A model generated the notes under the pieces. The model saw nothing but the letters and a program-made list of their open reading frames with translations, was not told where the DNA came from and did not search any database. From assembly GCA_002633005.1 (NCBI GenBank), contig NMRA01000232.1:84826-148825 (forward strand): DNA of 64,000 bases. Reading direction: 5' to 3'. The position numbers were made by a program, and so were the translations under genes. Below, one piece after another: positions 61,102 through 64,000 of the stretch. This DNA is from Phoronis australis. Taxonomy: Eukaryota; Animalia; Phoronida. Positions within the stretch are counted from its first letter, which is position 1; each line of letters starts with the position of its first letter.

Positions 61102-63706
61102 TAGACCTAATTCACGCCGACAGGAGGTGCGTTCCAAAACGAGGCTCGCTACGATAGCTGTGTTGGCTTATCGCATAGCTGTATTCTGTGTTGCTCGAAC
61201 GGCTATAGAAAGTATACGGACACTCAACTGTCTGTTTTACAATGCCTAAGGACGTTTCGCAAGCGTTGGCTCGTTGCCATACGCCGGGACGAAGGAAAAT
61301 ATTTCCGTGTAAAATTTATAAATGTTTCGAAAATTTAGATCATATTTTGTCGCATCTCGTTTCCCAAGCATCATAGCAACCACCGGCGAATCTTCGGCCA
61401 GCCAGGCTGTTTTCATAACCGTCATGGATTGAAACATGACGCATTTTTCTTTCCAAATGAACAGGGCTCTAAATACCTCGATTTTGGGGCCGAACATCTG
61501 CCCTATTCCCCTCTCAAAAATGTTGAAAAATCACGTGAAATTCTCCAACGAGGCCTAAAAATTCGTGACGGCGTTCTCTCGTTCAGTGATTTTACCAAAC
61601 GTAGGGGGTTGTGAGCGTGTAATAACATCTAGCTCCTTTGTTAACTTTCAAGCACAGTCTTTTGTCTAGTTTGACAACAGGTAACGGGCTTATTACGGAT
61701 CACTTGCGAACACAGTCAAACCCAGACCGAATGGGTTCGTTCGGAAAGAATAGAGTGTCGTAACTTCAGTTGTATAGGTGGGCGATTTTTGCGATTCAAA
61801 AAGTAAACATGATCAGCATTTGACGAGGAATTCAGAAATACTATTGGTTTATGTTCAAATATGCTATAACGTAACTTTGATTTTTAAAAGCTCATTCAGG
61901 CTAGATATGATCTTATTGGAGATTAGAGCAATTATCGGGAAAAATAGAGCTGGCCCTCCATCCCTAAATGCCAGAATGGAGTTAATCAGTCGTGTAAGAT
62001 ATTGGCTACAGGGGTCATCTTCCCAACTTGTTGTTGGGCACTAGAATCGAACAAGTTGGAATCAACGGGAAAACGCCGTAATATTCCCCTATTGATTGAA
62101 AATTTCACTCCTAAGTTCAAATTACCTGTAACCACACAGGTGACAATTTGAAAGAGCACAAATTGCTACTTGAGACGGAGCTTATGAGAGCTTGCAACAG
62201 GGCGGGGGGTGCTAAGGACAGTGATAGGGAGGTAACTATCCCCCTCACTCGGCGAATCTCCCAGTTAGGCACGGGCACCTTTCCGCTCGGATGAATGAGC
62301 CCCTGAAGAAACGCGATAACTATGCTTGCTCTGTCCAGTTAACTGAAATTGAGCTCTAAAATGAGATTATGCTTTGGACGGACGAATTAGGTGTTTTAAT
62401 TTTAAAATTCAACTTGGTCCAGATTGATATTTGAAACCTAACGCATGAAATAGATGTAAGAATTATTAAAACTAAGAAAGCAGAATTGATGGTCAAATAA
62501 TTTTTATTTTCAATTACGAACTTAAAATCAATTATTTTTGCAAATCAATGACAAATCAACTGTTAGTCCCGGTAGACCCAACTTCACCACCAAGACATAT
62601 TTTGCTGTCATGTACAAGTCACATCTGGTTTAATTTGTTGATCAAGAATATTAGAATCAAGCATAGCCTAGGTCCTGGTAGTGACATAAGGACTACCGGG
62701 AGTAACAGTTGACATGTCATTGATCTTCAAGAATGATTGATGTAATTAAATATATTTTTATTAAAATAAAAAAACAGGCTGGTAATTTAAACTAAAAATT
62801 ATTTGAACAGCAAACTCTACTTTCTTGGTTTTAATAATTCTTACATCTATTTCATGTGTTAGGTTTCAAATATCAATCTGGACAAAGTTGAATTCTAAAA
62901 TTAAAAAACTTAGTTCGTTCGTCCAAAGCATAACCTGAAAAAAATAACCCATCTCGTTTTAAAGCTGAATTTCAGTAAACTAGACAGAGTCTTCATAGTA
63001 TGTATAGTTATCATGTTTCTTCAGGGGCCTCGTTCACTCCAGTGAGGAAAGGTGCCTGTGCCTTCTGAGAGGGGAATTTTTTCGCCGAGTGAGGAAATTC
63101 TACCTCCCGATCACCGTCAATAGCAACCCCGCCCTGTTGCAAGCTCTCATAGGCTCTGTCTCAAGTAGCAAACTGTCACTTGTGGTTACAGGTGATTTGA
63201 ATTTCGAGGGGAAATTTTCAATCACATTAGGGGAATTTTTAGGCCTCGTGGGGGAGAATTTTTTGAGATTTTTCAATATTATTGTGAGGAAAATAGGGCC
63301 GATATTCGGCTCCAAAATCGAGGAATTGAGGGACCTGTCCTTTTTTAGAACGAAATGCATCATGCTTCAACCCGTAGTCATGAAAACACACCCTGGCTGG
63401 TCGAAGATTCACCATTCGTTGCTATGATGCTCGGCGGCAACGAGATGCGACAAAATGTGATCAAACTTTTAAAAAATTGATCAATTTTACCCAGAAATAT
63501 TTTCCTTCGTCGCGGCGTACGGCAACGACCCAACGGTTCCGAATCTCAACGTCTTTAAGGATTGTAAAAAAGACAGTTGAATGTCCGTACGTTGTCTATC
63601 GCCATTCGAGCAACGCGAAACACAACTGTGCCGATTAGCCATTTAGAGGAGCAATCGTAGTGAGACTCGTTTTGGAGCGCGCTTCTTGTCTGCGTGATTG
63701 GGTGTA
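61102..63706. mobile_element. Foldback (long palindromic) element with a THAP exon remnant in each arm
   Basis: Left arm 61102-about 62580 (with an extra segment at about 61565-62090) is the imperfect reverse complement of about 62690-63706; right arm reads MANRHSCVSRCSNG...FTILKDVEIRNRWVVAVRRDEGKYFW then GT. Confidence 0.75.
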
Positions 63707-64000
63707 TATAAAGGTTAGTATCCGATACATATATAGACATCATAGACCGGGCGCACGCGCTGCAGAATGGTGAATGTTGGCCAATGGGGCTATTCGGAAA
63801 ATCTACAATAACTAGAGGGCGTGCGTGTACTAGTGGTGATAGATTAACAGCCTCGATTTCGCGAGCCCTTTAAATACATGGTGAAATGGCTTGCAGCCGT
63901 GCCAACTGAATCTGAGATTGCGTAAAAAGGGTGCTTCTATGAGAGGAAGTAAGCACGACCTCATACAAAGGTAAGGTTTGTGATTATTTTAACGATTATT

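Overview
AT-rich, repeat-dense animal genomic DNA. The repeat content looks like a marine invertebrate (lophotrochozoan-like), but the species cannot be fixed from sequence alone. There are two host genes, both on the minus strand. (1) An intronless ADAM10/ADAM17-subfamily metalloprotease (2883-5318) whose cytoplasmic tail has a CUE-like segment and ends in the PDZ-ligand ETRV. (2) A complete nitric oxide synthase, hand-assembled from 23 GT-AG, phase-compatible coding exons (54534 down to 9068; 3318 nt, about 1105 aa). The NOS has no N-terminal PDZ domain and no FMN-domain autoinhibitory insert, and it has Ile at the NO-gating position that is Val346 in iNOS (Ile in bacterial NOS). Most notably, its last exon encodes a basic stretch plus CaaX box (...[13 protein letters not shown]), which predicts a prenylated, membrane-anchored NOS. 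The preceding splice donor overlaps an in-frame stop, so an unspliced form would end ...KYKVV* without the anchor. The introns hold nested transposons: Helentron/HINE-like elements, two THAP-carrying palindromic families, a Penelope-like remnant, MITEs and tRNA-derived pieces. All exon and TSD calls were made by eye and need transcript or alignment confirmation.
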